From contig CAWJZV010000042.1 of NCBI GenBank assembly GCA_963847445.1, positions 162,726 through 226,725 of the forward strand: a stretch of DNA of 64,000 nucleotides. Reading direction: 5' to 3'. This document shows positions 21,250 to 31,031 of this stretch, in pieces. The position numbers and the translations under genes are program-made. The notes below the pieces were generated by a model, which was not told where the DNA came from, made no database searches, and worked only from the letters and a program-made list of their open reading frames with translations. The stretch is from an uncultured delta proteobacterium. Its GTDB lineage: Bacteria > Desulfobacterota > Binatia > UBA9968. Each line of letters opens with the position of its first letter. Position 1 is the stretch's first letter.

Positions 21250-23262
21250 ATGAATCAAGAAGCAAAAAAATCATTCAAAGAACTCTTATTCGGCAAAGCC
21301 AAGGATCCGCTCGATCCGAAGGTCTTTCATCAAATCTCTTTGGTCGCGTTCCTTGCCTGGGTTGGGCTCGGCGCCGACGGCTTGAGCTCTTCGGCCTACG
21401 GTCCGGAAGAAGCTTATCTGGCGCTGGGGCAGCATTTACATCTGGCACTCCTGCTGGTGATATTGACTGCCGCGACGGTCTTCATCATTTCCGCCAGCTA
21501 TTCGCAGATCATCGAGCTTTTCCCGACCGGCGGCGGCGGTTATTTGGTCGCGACCAAGTTGCTCGGCTCGCGGGCGGGCCTGGTTTCGGGGTCGGCGCTG
21601 GTGGTCGACTATATGTTGACGATTACCATTTCGATCGCCAGCAGCGCCGATGCGTTGTTTAGTTTTCTCCCCGCATCGCTGTCAGCTTACAAGTTCGCCG
21701 TCGAGGTGTTGCTGATCTTTGCGCTGATTTTTCTCAATCTGCGCGGTGTGAGAGAGTCGGTGCTGGTCATGTTGCCGATCTTCCTGCTATTCATCGTCAT
21801 GCACCTCGTGGTGATTACGCTGGGTATCGTGCCGCACGCGGCCGACATGCCGGCGCTGGTGGCGAACACCTATCGGGAAGTTGACCGCGATGTTCAAGGA
21901 ATCGGTTTGCTGGCGACTTTGGCTATTCTGCTCCACGCCTATAGCCTCGGCGGCGGTACTTATACCGGTATCGAGGCGGTCAGTAACGGACTGCAGATCC
22001 TGCGCGAACCCCGTGTCGTTACCGGCAAAAAGACCATGCTCTACATGGCCACCTCGCTGGCGTTTACCGCCGGCGGCATTTTGCTCTGTTACTTGCTCAA
22101 CCGCGTGATGCATGAGCCGGGAAAGACGCTCAATGCGAGTTTATTCGCTAACATCTATGGCGCGTTCTTCGGCGGCGATTCGACGACCACGGCGAGCCTG
22201 GTGATCGTCACGCTGATCACCGAAGCGGCGCTGTTGATCGTCGCTGCACAGGCGGGATTTCTCGACGGGCCGCGGGTGCTGTCGAACATGTCGCTCGACT
22301 CCTGGACGCCGCATCGTTTGTCCCACTTGAGCGACCAGTTGGTGACGCGCAACGGCGTCTGGTTCATGGGCATCGCGTCGCTGGGATTTTTGGCCTACAG
22401 CCACGGCGAAGTGAAGCTGTTGGTGATCATGTACAGCATCAACGTGTTTCTGACCTTCACCTTGTCGCAGTTGGGCATGTGCCGGCATTGGTGGCAGGTG
22501 CGGCGGAGCGCCGAGCCTTGGCGCATGAAACTTGCGGTCAATGGCTTCGGGTTGCTTTCGACCAGCACGATTCTTTGCGTCACGGTGGCGACGAAATTTC
22601 TCGAAGGCGGCTGGCTGACGGTCGTCGTGACCTTGAGTTTCGTAATGGTTTGCCAGGCGGTGCGCTGGCATTACGAGAAGGTTCAGCGAGCTCTAAAAGC
22701 CCTCGACGACACGCTTTTGGGCATTCCCTTCCAACCGGATTTGAAAGCGCCGACACCGGTGAAGAATGTCCAGGCGCCGACCGCGGCGATTGTCGTGCGC
22801 GAGTTCGATGGCGTCGCGGTGCACACATTGCTGAACCTCCAACGGTTGTTCCCGAATCACTATAAGAACATCGTCTTCGTTTCCGTCGGCGTGATCGATG
22901 CCGGCCAGTTCAAAGGCCATGCGGAAATGGAGAGTCTCCAGCGAAAAAAAGAAGAGGACCTCAAGAGTTTCGTCGACTACGCAACCTGTTTGGGTTGGTA
23001 CGCGGAGTATCGCTACGCGCTCGGCGTCGATCTGATCGACGAGCTGGAGCAAACTTGTAACTTGGTTGCCAAGGAATTTCCCCGCACGGTCTTCTTTAGC
23101 GGCAAGCTGGTTTTCGAGGAGGAGAGTGTGTTTACCCGGCTACTGCATAACCACACGCCTTATACCTTGCAGCAGAAACTCCAGTTCGCCGGCCGGGACA
23201 TGATGATATTGCCGATCCGGGTAACAACTCAGCAGAACGCTTCTGCGCGACCGGCAGTCTAA
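21250..23262 (+). CDS. APC-superfamily permease, KimA-like K+/H+ symporter
   Basis: ADGLSSSAYGPEE, PTGGGGY, LVVDYMLT, YTGIEAVSNG motifs; about 12 TM segments plus a cytoplasmic C-terminal domain. Confidence 0.75.
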   Translation: MNQEAKKSFKELLFGKAKDPLDPKVFHQISLVAFLAWVGLGADGLSSSAYGPEEAYLALGQHLHLALLLVILTAATVFIISASYSQIIELFPTGGGGYLVATKLLGSRAGLVSGSALVVDYMLTITISIASSADALFSFLPASLSAYKFAVEVLLIFALIFLNLRGVRESVLVMLPIFLLFIVMHLVVITLGIVPHAADMPALVANTYREVDRDVQGIGLLATLAILLHAYSLGGGTYTGIEAVSNGLQILREPRVVTGKKTMLYMATSLAFTAGGILLCYLLNRVMHEPGKTLNASLFANIYGAFFGGDSTTTASLVIVTLITEAALLIVAAQAGFLDGPRVLSNMSLDSWTPHRLSHLSDQLVTRNGVWFMGIASLGFLAYSHGEVKLLVIMYSINVFLTFTLSQLGMCRHWWQVRRSAEPWRMKLAVNGFGLLSTSTILCVTVATKFLEGGWLTVVVTLSFVMVCQAVRWHYEKVQRALKALDDTLLGIPFQPDLKAPTPVKNVQAPTAAIVVREFDGVAVHTLLNLQRLFPNHYKNIVFVSVGVIDAGQFKGHAEMESLQRKKEEDLKSFVDYATCLGWYAEYRYALGVDLIDELEQTCNLVAKEFPRTVFFSGKLVFEEESVFTRLLHNHTPYTLQQKLQFAGRDMMILPIRVTTQQNASARPAV

Positions 23263-23308
23263 TACTCGACTTTCACCGCAGAATTACGTTGACCGCATCG
23301 AGTAACCC

Positions 23309-24768
23309 ATGTTTGAACAAGCCTTCAAAAACATCGACGACGTTCTCTGGAAAGAGGCCGGCTGCACCACCGAACTCGACTACACCGAGCAGACTTCCTG
23401 GCTGCTGTTCCTGAAATACCTCGACGGCCTGGAGCAGGACAAGGCCGACGAAGCCGAGCTGGAGGGCAAGAAATACACCTACATCCTCGACAAGCCGTAT
23501 CGCTGGGAAAGCTGGGCCGCGCCCAAGGGCAAGGACGGCAAGCTCGACCACAACACCGCCCTGACCGGCGACGACCTGCGCGACTTCGTCAATCAGAAGC
23601 TCTTTCCCTACCTGCACGGCTTCAAGCAGAAGGCCACCGGGCCGAACACCATCGAATACAAGATCGGCGAGATCTTCGGCGAGATCAAAAACAAGATCCA
23701 GAGCGGCTACAACCTGCGCGAGATCATCGACCACATCGACGAACTGCGCTTCCGCTCCCAGACCGAGAAGCACGAGCTGTCGCACCTCTACGAAGCCAAG
23801 ATCAAGAACATGGGCAACGCCGGGCGCAACGGCGGCGAGTATTACACGCCGCGCCCGCTCATCCGCGCCATCGTGCAGGTGGTGAAGCCCAAGATCGGCG
23901 AGCGCATCTACGACGGCGCGGTCGGCTCGGCGGGCTTCCTGTGCGAGTCGTTCGATTACCTGCAGGCAGACCAATCCCAAGCGCACCACCGCGCAGGACC
24001 GCACCCTGCAAGAGCGCACCTTCTACGGCAAGGAAAAGAAGTCGCTCGCCTACGTCATCGCGATCATGAACATGATCCTGCACGGCATCGAAGCGCCGAA
24101 CATCATCCACACCAACACGCTCACCGAAAACCTCGCCGACATTCAGGAGAAAGACCGCTACGACGTGGTGCTGGCCAATCCGCCCTTCGGCGGCAAGGAA
24201 CGCAAGGAAGTGCAGCAGAACTTCCCCATCCGCACCGGCGAGACGGCGTTCCTGTTCCTCCAGCACTTCATCAAGATCCTCAAGGCCGGCGGACGCGGCG
24301 GCGTGGTCATCAAGAACACCTTCCTCTCCAACACCGACAACGCCTCCGTGAGCCTGCGCAAGCTGCTGCTGGAAAGCTGCAACCTGCACACCGTGCTCGA
24401 CTGCCCCGGCGGCACGTTCCAGGGCGCGGGCGTGAAGACCGTGGTGCTGTTCTTCGAGAAAGGCGCACCGACCCGCAAAGTCTGGTTCTACCAGCTCGAC
24501 CCCGGCCGCAACCTGGGCAAGACCAACCCGCTCAACGACGACGACCTCGCCGAGTTCGTGAAGCTGCAAAAGACCTTCGCCGACTCGCCCAAGAGCTGGA
24601 GCGTGGACGCCAAGAGCATCGACCCGACGACCTTCGACCTCTCCGTGAAGAACCCCAACGGCGGCGAGGAAGTCACGCACCGCAGCCCGCAGGACATCAT
24701 GGACGAAATCGCCGCGCTGGATGCCGAGAGCGCGGAGGTGCTGGCGGAGCATCAGGGGGTTGCTATGA
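23309..24768 (+). CDS. hsdM: Type I R-M methyltransferase subunit (indels near 23965-24000)
   Basis: GEYYTPRPLIRAIV, IYDGAVGSAGFL, VVLANPPFGG N6-MTase motifs. Confidence 0.93.
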
Positions 24769-24806
24769 AATAAGTCCTATGTGACTCATGATGACCCATA
24801 CGACCT

Positions 24807-25424
24807 ATGAGTCACGTTCCTGAACCGAAAACTTCATCCCGCCTCACGGCAACTACCAGGAGCTGCTTTCCTACCAAAAGGCAGAGGTGGTCTATGATCT
24901 CACCTTCCGCTTCTGCGAACGCTTCCTCAAAAGGGGCGACCGCACCATCGACCAGATGGTGCAGGCCGCCCGCTCGGGAAAACAAAACATCGTGGAAGGC
25001 AGCAAAGCCGTCCGGCACCTCCAAGGAAATGGAGATCAAGCTGACCAACGTGGCCCGCGCCAGCCTGGAAGAGCTGCTGGAGGACTACCGAGACTTCCTC
25101 CGCGTGCGAGATCTGGCCCTTTGGAACAAAGATTCCAAAGAAGCTCAATACGTCCGCAAGCTCGGAAACAAGCCCCATACGACCTATGAAACCTATCGCG
25201 AGTTCTGCGAAACCCGCCCGCCGGAAGTCGTCGCCAACATCGCCCTCTGCCTCATCCACCAGACCAACTACCTGCTCGACCAGCAAATCCGCCGGCTGGA
25301 GAAAGATTTCGTGAAGCACGGCGGCCTGCGCGAGCGCATGACCCGCGCCCGTTTGCAGCACCGGAACAAACCGCCGCCAGCCATGAGTCCTATGAAGACA
25401 CCTGTGTCGCATAAGCCCCCATGA
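24807..25424 (+). CDS. Four-helix-bundle (23S rRNA IVS-like) protein with C-terminal suffix domain (two indels)
   Basis: FIPPHGNYQELLSYQKA..YDLT..FC, RTIDQMVQAARSGKQNIVEGS, LTNVARASLEELLEDY, LEKDFVKHGGLRERMTRAR. Confidence 0.85.
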   Translation: MSHVPEPKTSSRLTATTRSCFPTKRQRWSMISPSASANASSKGATAPSTRWCRPPARENKTSWKAAKPSGTSKEMEIKLTNVARASLEELLEDYRDFLRVRDLALWNKDSKEAQYVRKLGNKPHTTYETYREFCETRPPEVVANIALCLIHQTNYLLDQQIRRLEKDFVKHGGLRERMTRARLQHRNKPPPAMSPMKTPVSHKPP

Positions 25425-25522
25425 CACCCCGCCACTCAATGAGTCTCATCAGACCTATGGAACCCATGAGTCCAATCCCAGACTCCGAGACCGGAGGTGC
25501 TGGGAAACATCAGGGCGCTGCT

Positions 25523-26760
25523 ATGAAGAAGGGTGGCAAACGCAAGACTCTTGGAGAAGTCTGCCAATTCCCAAAGGTCTGTGGAAAGCGAAAAGCTGCC
25601 TTTGGATAACGGTTGGTGTCATCCGAAATACGACTTCACCAAAGACAGGAACGCTGATGCATTCAGCATCGCGATCTCGACTGGAGGCGAAGAAGCTCGA
25701 AAGCGTCGACTTCAGTTTGGACGACATCGATTCGTTGTAAAGTCGTGCGGTGGCTCGAACAGCCAGCAGGGTCGAGTCGCCCATGTTCGATACGATGGAC
25801 GGCGCCTTCGCGATCAGCAATTCACTGCGCTCTTCGAGTCCTGAAACTCAGACCTAGACTTCCGAGTTCTCTACAAGTTTCTGCATTCGACTGATGTCTC
25901 GGCATACGGAGGGCATGCAGAGCCATGTCCACGGGCATTCACAACGGCTGGCGAAGCATATCAAGGCCATCAAATTCACTTTCCCCCGCTCCCCGAACAG
26001 CAGCGGATCGTCGGCATCCTCGACGAAGCGTTTGAGGGCATCGCCACCGCCAAAGCCAACGCCGAAAAGAACCTCCAAAACGCCCGCGCCCTCTTCGAAA
26101 GCCACCTCCAATCCGTCTTCACCCAGCGCGGCGAGGGGTGGGTGGAGAAGACGCTCGGCGAGATATGCGCAGCGACGTCTGGTACGGCCATTTGGCAAAG
26201 CTTCGCAACGAGTGTGATCACGTGACGGGATTCCGTCTGCTCATGAGCTCAACAACGTGCAGCCAGGCAGACTCGACTGGGAAGACGTGCAATACTATCA
26301 CGGCAGAGAATTTCACGAACGACTCAAGAAATACTCAGCTTCGAGATGGCGATTTCTTGTCTGCGATCGGAGCGAACGAGTCGAGATTGGTTGCGCAGTC
26401 TCATGAACGACGTGAGCAGACTCAACTGCGCAAATTAGCTAATTCGCGAGACCGACTCGCAGTGGAACGACGAGCTCTTCATGCACGATATTTCAATCGC
26501 ACTCCGGCTGTCGAAAGCGATTCACTGCGGCAAGACGTCGGGATCAGCGTCAAGGTGTCAAGCAACATCATCGACAGGATTGCGAAGCTTCTCGATTTCC
26601 CAGCCTTCCGCCAGCCGAACAAAGAAGCGCATCGTCGCCAAACTGGACGAACTCCGCGAAGAAACCCAACGCCTCGACTCGCCTCTACGAGCGGAAGCTC
26701 GCCGCGCTGGAGGCGTTGAAGAAGTCGCTGCTGCACCAAGCGTTCAGCGGAGAATTATAA
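25523..26760 (+). CDS. hsdS: Type I R-M specificity subunit; both target-recognition domains unreadable (many indels)
   Basis: Clean conserved blocks: MKKGW-like start, PLPEQQRIVGILDEAFEGIATAKANAEKNLQNARALFESHLQSVF..GWVEKTLGE, and KLAALEALKKSLLHQAFSGEL*. Confidence 0.85.
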
Positions 26761-26768
26761 GCAGAGAT

Positions 26769-26844
26769 GTTTGTATACATTTCTTGATTAAATGTATGCA
26801 AACTCATACATTTTGTTTACATTGCAAACAAGCTGTATACAAAC
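26769..26844. promoter_or_regulatory. Palindromic operator-like sites upstream of fic
   Basis: GTTTGTATACATTT-N7-AAATGTATGCAAAC (13/14 inverted match) plus TGTATACAAAC just before the ATG. Confidence 0.55.
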
Positions 26845-26845
26845 C

Positions 26846-27997
26846 ATGAAACGCATAGAAGTCGGTAAAAACATCGCTCAAAAACAAGGGTTTACGGCAT
26901 TCATTCCACATCCATTCCCGCCCAAAGAGGGGTTTGATTGGGATTCACAGCTCCTAAAGAAGACAGATCATGCAACCCGGTTGCTGGGTAAGTTGGATGG
27001 AATTACAAAGTTGTTGCCCGATGCCGACTTTTTCCTCCTGATGTATCTCCGAAAAGACGCCACCTCATCAAGCCAGATTGAGGGGACACAAGCCACGATG
27101 ATCGATGCAATCGAAGCGGAAGCAAAAGTAACCACCAATATCCCGAAAGATGTGGATGATATTCTGCACTACATCAAGGCGCTGAATTACGGGATGAAGC
27201 GAATGGTTGGTGATAAGTTTCCGGTTTCCATGCGTTTTGTTCGTGAGCTGCATGGCAAGCTGATGGATCAGGCGCGCGCCAGCCACTTTTCCGATCCCGG
27301 AGAATTTCGCAAAAGTCAAAACTGGCTTGGTGGTACTCGCCCGGATAACGCCCGTTTTGTTCCTCCACCCGTTGAGGACATGAACAGAGCATTGAGTGAT
27401 CTTGAGCGTTTCATGCACGCAAACGATTCAACCCTGACACTGATCAAGGCGGCGCTTATCCATGCCCAATTTGAAACCATCCATCCCTTTCTCGATGGCA
27501 ATGGTAGAACCGGCAGAATGTTGATCACATTCTATTTATGGAAAGAGGGATTTTTGGAAAAACCGGTTTTGTTTTTATCCTCCTTTTTCAAAAAACACCA
27601 GGAGCTGTATTACGAAAAACTGCTCGCTTATCAGAAGCACGGCAAGGTGGATGACTGGGTCGATTTCTTTCTCGAAGGTGTCATTGAAGTTGCCAATGAA
27701 GCCATAGAGATTGTCGGTAAGATTACGACGTTGCGTGAAGAAGATATGGCAAGAGTGCAAAAACTTGGCAAACGGGCAGCAGAAAGCGCGGCACTCTTGT
27801 TGCCCAGGCTCTATGGGCAACCGGTTGTCAATGTTGCGCTCGTGCAAAAGTGGACGGGATTTACACGAGCCGGCGCACAAACAGTTATCAATCGTTTTAT
27901 CGCGATGGGAATTCTTTCCCCGAAGGACAAGGATAAGAAATACGGACAATCCTATATTTACAAAAAGTACATCGAGATTTTTGCGGATAGCAAATAA
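26846..27997 (+). CDS. Fic family protein (class II, N-terminal inhibitory helix, probable C-terminal HTH)
   Basis: Canonical HPFLDGNGRTGR; SSQIEGT inhibitory motif; visibly more AT-rich than flanks. Confidence 0.92.
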   Translation: MKRIEVGKNIAQKQGFTAFIPHPFPPKEGFDWDSQLLKKTDHATRLLGKLDGITKLLPDADFFLLMYLRKDATSSSQIEGTQATMIDAIEAEAKVTTNIPKDVDDILHYIKALNYGMKRMVGDKFPVSMRFVRELHGKLMDQARASHFSDPGEFRKSQNWLGGTRPDNARFVPPPVEDMNRALSDLERFMHANDSTLTLIKAALIHAQFETIHPFLDGNGRTGRMLITFYLWKEGFLEKPVLFLSSFFKKHQELYYEKLLAYQKHGKVDDWVDFFLEGVIEVANEAIEIVGKITTLREEDMARVQKLGKRAAESAALLLPRLYGQPVVNVALVQKWTGFTRAGAQTVINRFIAMGILSPKDKDKKYGQSYIYKKYIEIFADSK

Positions 27998-28006
27998 ACA
28001 ACCATC

Positions 28007-30348
28007 ATGAACGAAGCCGAAACCCGAGCCGAGCACATTGACCCCGCGCTGAAAGCGGCGGGCTGGGGCGTCGTCGAGGGCAGTCGCATCCGGCGCGAGT
28101 ATCCGATTACGCCCGGTCGCATCGAAGGTCACGGGCGACGCGGCAAGCCGCTCACCGCGGATTACGTGCTGGAGTATCGCAACACCAAGCTGGCCGTCGT
28201 CGAGGCCAAGGCATGGGACGAAGCACTGACCGAAGGCGTGGCGCAGGCCAAGAACTACGCCGGCAAGCTCGCCATCCGCTTCACCTACTCCACCAACGGC
28301 CAGGGCATCTACGGCATCGACATGGAGACCGGCAAGGAAGGCGAGCAGCCGCGCTACCCCACGCCGGATGAACTCTGGAACCTGACCTTCGCCGAAGCGA
28401 ACGCCTGGCGCGACCGCTTCGCCGCCGTCCCGTTCGAGGACAAGGGCGGCTCGCATCCTAGCCGCTACTATCAGGACATCGCCGTCGAGCGGGTGATGGA
28501 GGCCATCGCCGCAGACCAGCAGCGCATCCTGCTCACGCTCGCCACCGGCACGGGCAAGACGTTCATCGCCTTTCAGATTGCGTGGAAGCTGTTTCACAGC
28601 CGCTGGAACTTGAGCCGCGAGCCGTCGCGCCGCCCGCGCATTCTGTTTCTCGCCGACCGCAACATCCTGGCCAATCAGGCCTACAACGCCTTCTCTGCCT
28701 TCCCGGAGGACGCGATGGTGCGGATCGAGCCGGAGGACATCCGCAAGAAGGGCAAGGTGCCGAAGAACGGCAGCCTGTTCTTCACGATCTTCCAGACCTT
28801 CATGAGCGGCCCGCCGAAGGATGGCAAGCCGTCGCCCTATTTCGGCGAGTATCCGCCGGACTTCTTCGACTTCATCGTCATCGACGAGTGCCATCGCGGC
28901 GGCGCCAACGACGAGAGCAACTGGCGCGGCATCCTCGAATACTTCGCCCCGGCCGTGCAGCTTGGCCTCACCGCCACGCCCAAGCGCAAGGACAACGTGG
29001 ACACCTACGCCTACTTCGGCGAGCCGGTCTATATCTATTCGCTCAAGGAAGGCATCAACGACGGCTTCCTCACGCCGTTCAAGGTGAAGCAGATCTCCAC
29101 GACGCTCGACGACTACGTCTACACGCCGGATGACACGGTGTGGAAGGCGAGATCGAAACCGGGAAGCGTTACATCGAAACCGACTTCAACAAGATCATCG
29201 AGATCAAGGAACGCGAAGCATACCGCGTGAAGATGTTCATGGAGCAGATCAACCAGAACGAGAAGACGCTGGTTTTCTGCGCCACGCAGGATCACGCGCT
29301 GGCCGTGCGCGATCTCATCAATCAGATTGAAGACGAGCAAAGACCCGAACTATTGCCAGCGCGTCACCGCCGATGACGGCGAGCTCGGCGAGCAGCATCT
29401 GCGCGATTTTCAGGACAACGAAAAGACCATCCCGACCATCCTCACCACCTCGCAGAAACTCTCGACCGGCGTGGACGCGCGCAACATCCGCAACATCGTG
29501 CTGATGCGCCCGATCAATTCCATGATCGAGTTCAAGCAGATCATCGGACGCGGCACACGGCTCTATGACGGCAAGGATTACTTCACGATCTACGACTTCG
29601 TGAAGGCGCACCATCACTTCAACGATCCGGAGTGGGACGGCGAGCCGGCAGAGCCGGAGCCGAAGACCGGTTAGCCGCCAAACGGCTGTCATCGATCCGA
29701 ACGAGCTGCCAACCCCGTCCCGGTAACCTGAAAAAGATCCAGCCGAATATGGCAAAAGACAGAAGATCAAGGTCAAACTTGCCGACGGCAAAGACCGATC
29801 GATCCAGCACATGATGGCCACCACGTTCTGGCATCCGGACGGCACGCCCATGTCGGCACAGCAGTTCATGGAAATGCTCTTCGGCAAGCTGCCTGAGTTC
29901 TTCAAGAACGAGGAAGAACTCCGGACCTTGTGGAGCGCGCCTGACACTCGCGCAAAACTCCTGCAAGGACTGGCCGAGAAAGGATTCGGCAAAGAGCAGT
30001 TGACGGAGATGCAAAGGATCATCGACGCGGAAAAGAGCGATCTCTTCGACGTGCTGGCTCACGTCGCCTACGCGCTGCCCGCCACTCACCCGCGAGGAGC
30101 GGGCGCGGAAGGCCAAGGTCGTTATCAGCACGCACTTCAACAGCAGGCAGCAGGTCTTCCTCGACTTCGTGCTGTCCCATTACGTGAGCGTAGGCGTCGA
30201 GGAACTGGATCAAGAAAAGCTCACGCCCTTGCTCCGGCTCAAATACCACGACTCCATTGCCGACGCCGTGGCGGACCTAGGCAAGCCGGATGAAATCGGC
30301 AGAGTCTTCGTCGGCTTTCAAAAGTATCTTTACGAAGCTGCGGCGTGA
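28007..30348 (+). CDS. hsdR: Type I restriction subunit, EcoAI/EcoEI-like (several indels)
   Basis: ADY..VVEAK nuclease motif, ATGTGKT, IDECHR, GLTATP, LSTGVD, KQIIGRGTR, EcoEI-type C-terminus. Confidence 0.93.
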
Positions 30349-30608
30349 GTGTTAGACGATGGTGCGAGCAGGCAAACCTGCACTTCTCGAAAATCTACCG
30401 CTGAGTTTGGTGTTAGGCTTAAACCGCTGACTGAAACACCGCTAAGCCGCTGGCAGTGGTGCCTTTCAAAGCCGCAGAGTTTCATTCAATCTCTCCTTAC
30501 TTTCCTTCTCAGCAGAATCCTAACCTCACTCCATCTTGCGGCTAGTTTCAGGCGGTCGCCGCAAAACTTCAGCTAATTCAAACTCAGGATGCGGCGAGCG
30601 ATAAGCGG

Positions 30609-30651
30609 TTGCATTTTGCAATCTGCGCAACGAGGCGTCGTGCAAATTGCC
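30609..30651. promoter_or_regulatory. Tandem palindromes, candidate enhancer sites for a sigma-54 activator
   Basis: TTGCATTTTGCAA (30609-21) and TGCAAATTGCC (30641-51), centres about 31 bp apart, upstream of the -24/-12 element. Confidence 0.5.
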
Positions 30652-30704
30652 AGGCGGTTGTTGGTTTTTAGGTCGAAAGCCTAATGTTTTCGCGAGGCGG
30701 GAGC

Positions 30705-30719
30705 TGGCATATCGCTTGC
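30705..30719 (+). promoter_or_regulatory. Sigma-54 (-24/-12) promoter of the kdp operon
   Basis: TGGCATATCGCTTGC matches TGGCAC-N5-TTGC with exact GG-N10-GC spacing, 42 nt before the first ATG. Confidence 0.8.
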
Positions 30720-30761
30720 GGTACCCGACTATAAAGGTCGTCAACTTTCAGGAGCGATCAA

Positions 30762-30845
30762 ATGGCTGACGTTATATTTATCCTCATTATCGCGGTGTTT
30801 TTCATCATCTCGTGGCTTTACGTCCGCGGCTGCGATCGTTTGTAA
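30762..30845 (+). CDS. 27-aa single-TM peptide upstream of kdpF
   Basis: AGGAG SD; MADVIFILIIAVFFIISWLYVRGCDRL*. Confidence 0.7.
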   Translation: MADVIFILIIAVFFIISWLYVRGCDRL

Positions 30846-30854
30846 GAGGTCATC

Positions 30855-30944
30855 ATGGGAATCGAATACGTTATCGGCTTGGTCGTGTCGGTGGTCATTT
30901 TGGTGTACTTGGTTTATGCGCTGCTCTGGCCGGAAAAGTTCTGA
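30855..30944 (+). CDS. kdpF: K+-transporting ATPase subunit F
   Basis: GAGG SD; MGIEYVIGLVVSVVILVYLVYALLWPEKF* with the YLxYALxxPExF signature. Confidence 0.92.
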   Translation: MGIEYVIGLVVSVVILVYLVYALLWPEKF

Positions 30945-31031
30945 GGTCGGCAGCAGCGTAGGAGCGAGAGACTTCGCAGCAGTGCGAAATTCTCTGCCTG
31001 GTTTTTCAGAACCGCGAAATTAGGAGAAGTT

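Noticed and set aside
24807-25424. Diversity-generating retroelement (Avd-like four-helix bundle next to a variable hsdS)
   Set aside because: No reverse transcriptase and no template/variable repeat pair with adenine-specific differences in the window
25523-26760. Invertible hsdS shufflon
   Set aside because: No recombinase, no silent hsdS copies and no long inverted repeats seen
27575-28894. Long antisense or alternate-frame ORFs (also 3669-4847, 23859-24752, 40966-42072)
   Set aside because: They overlap well-supported genes and show no recognisable motifs; expected shadows of GC-rich codon usage
30349-30600. c-di-AMP (ydaO) or c-di-GMP riboswitch upstream of kdp
   Set aside because: Only a GGCAAACC fragment is present; I could not find the remaining conserved elements, and the region lies upstream of the predicted promoter
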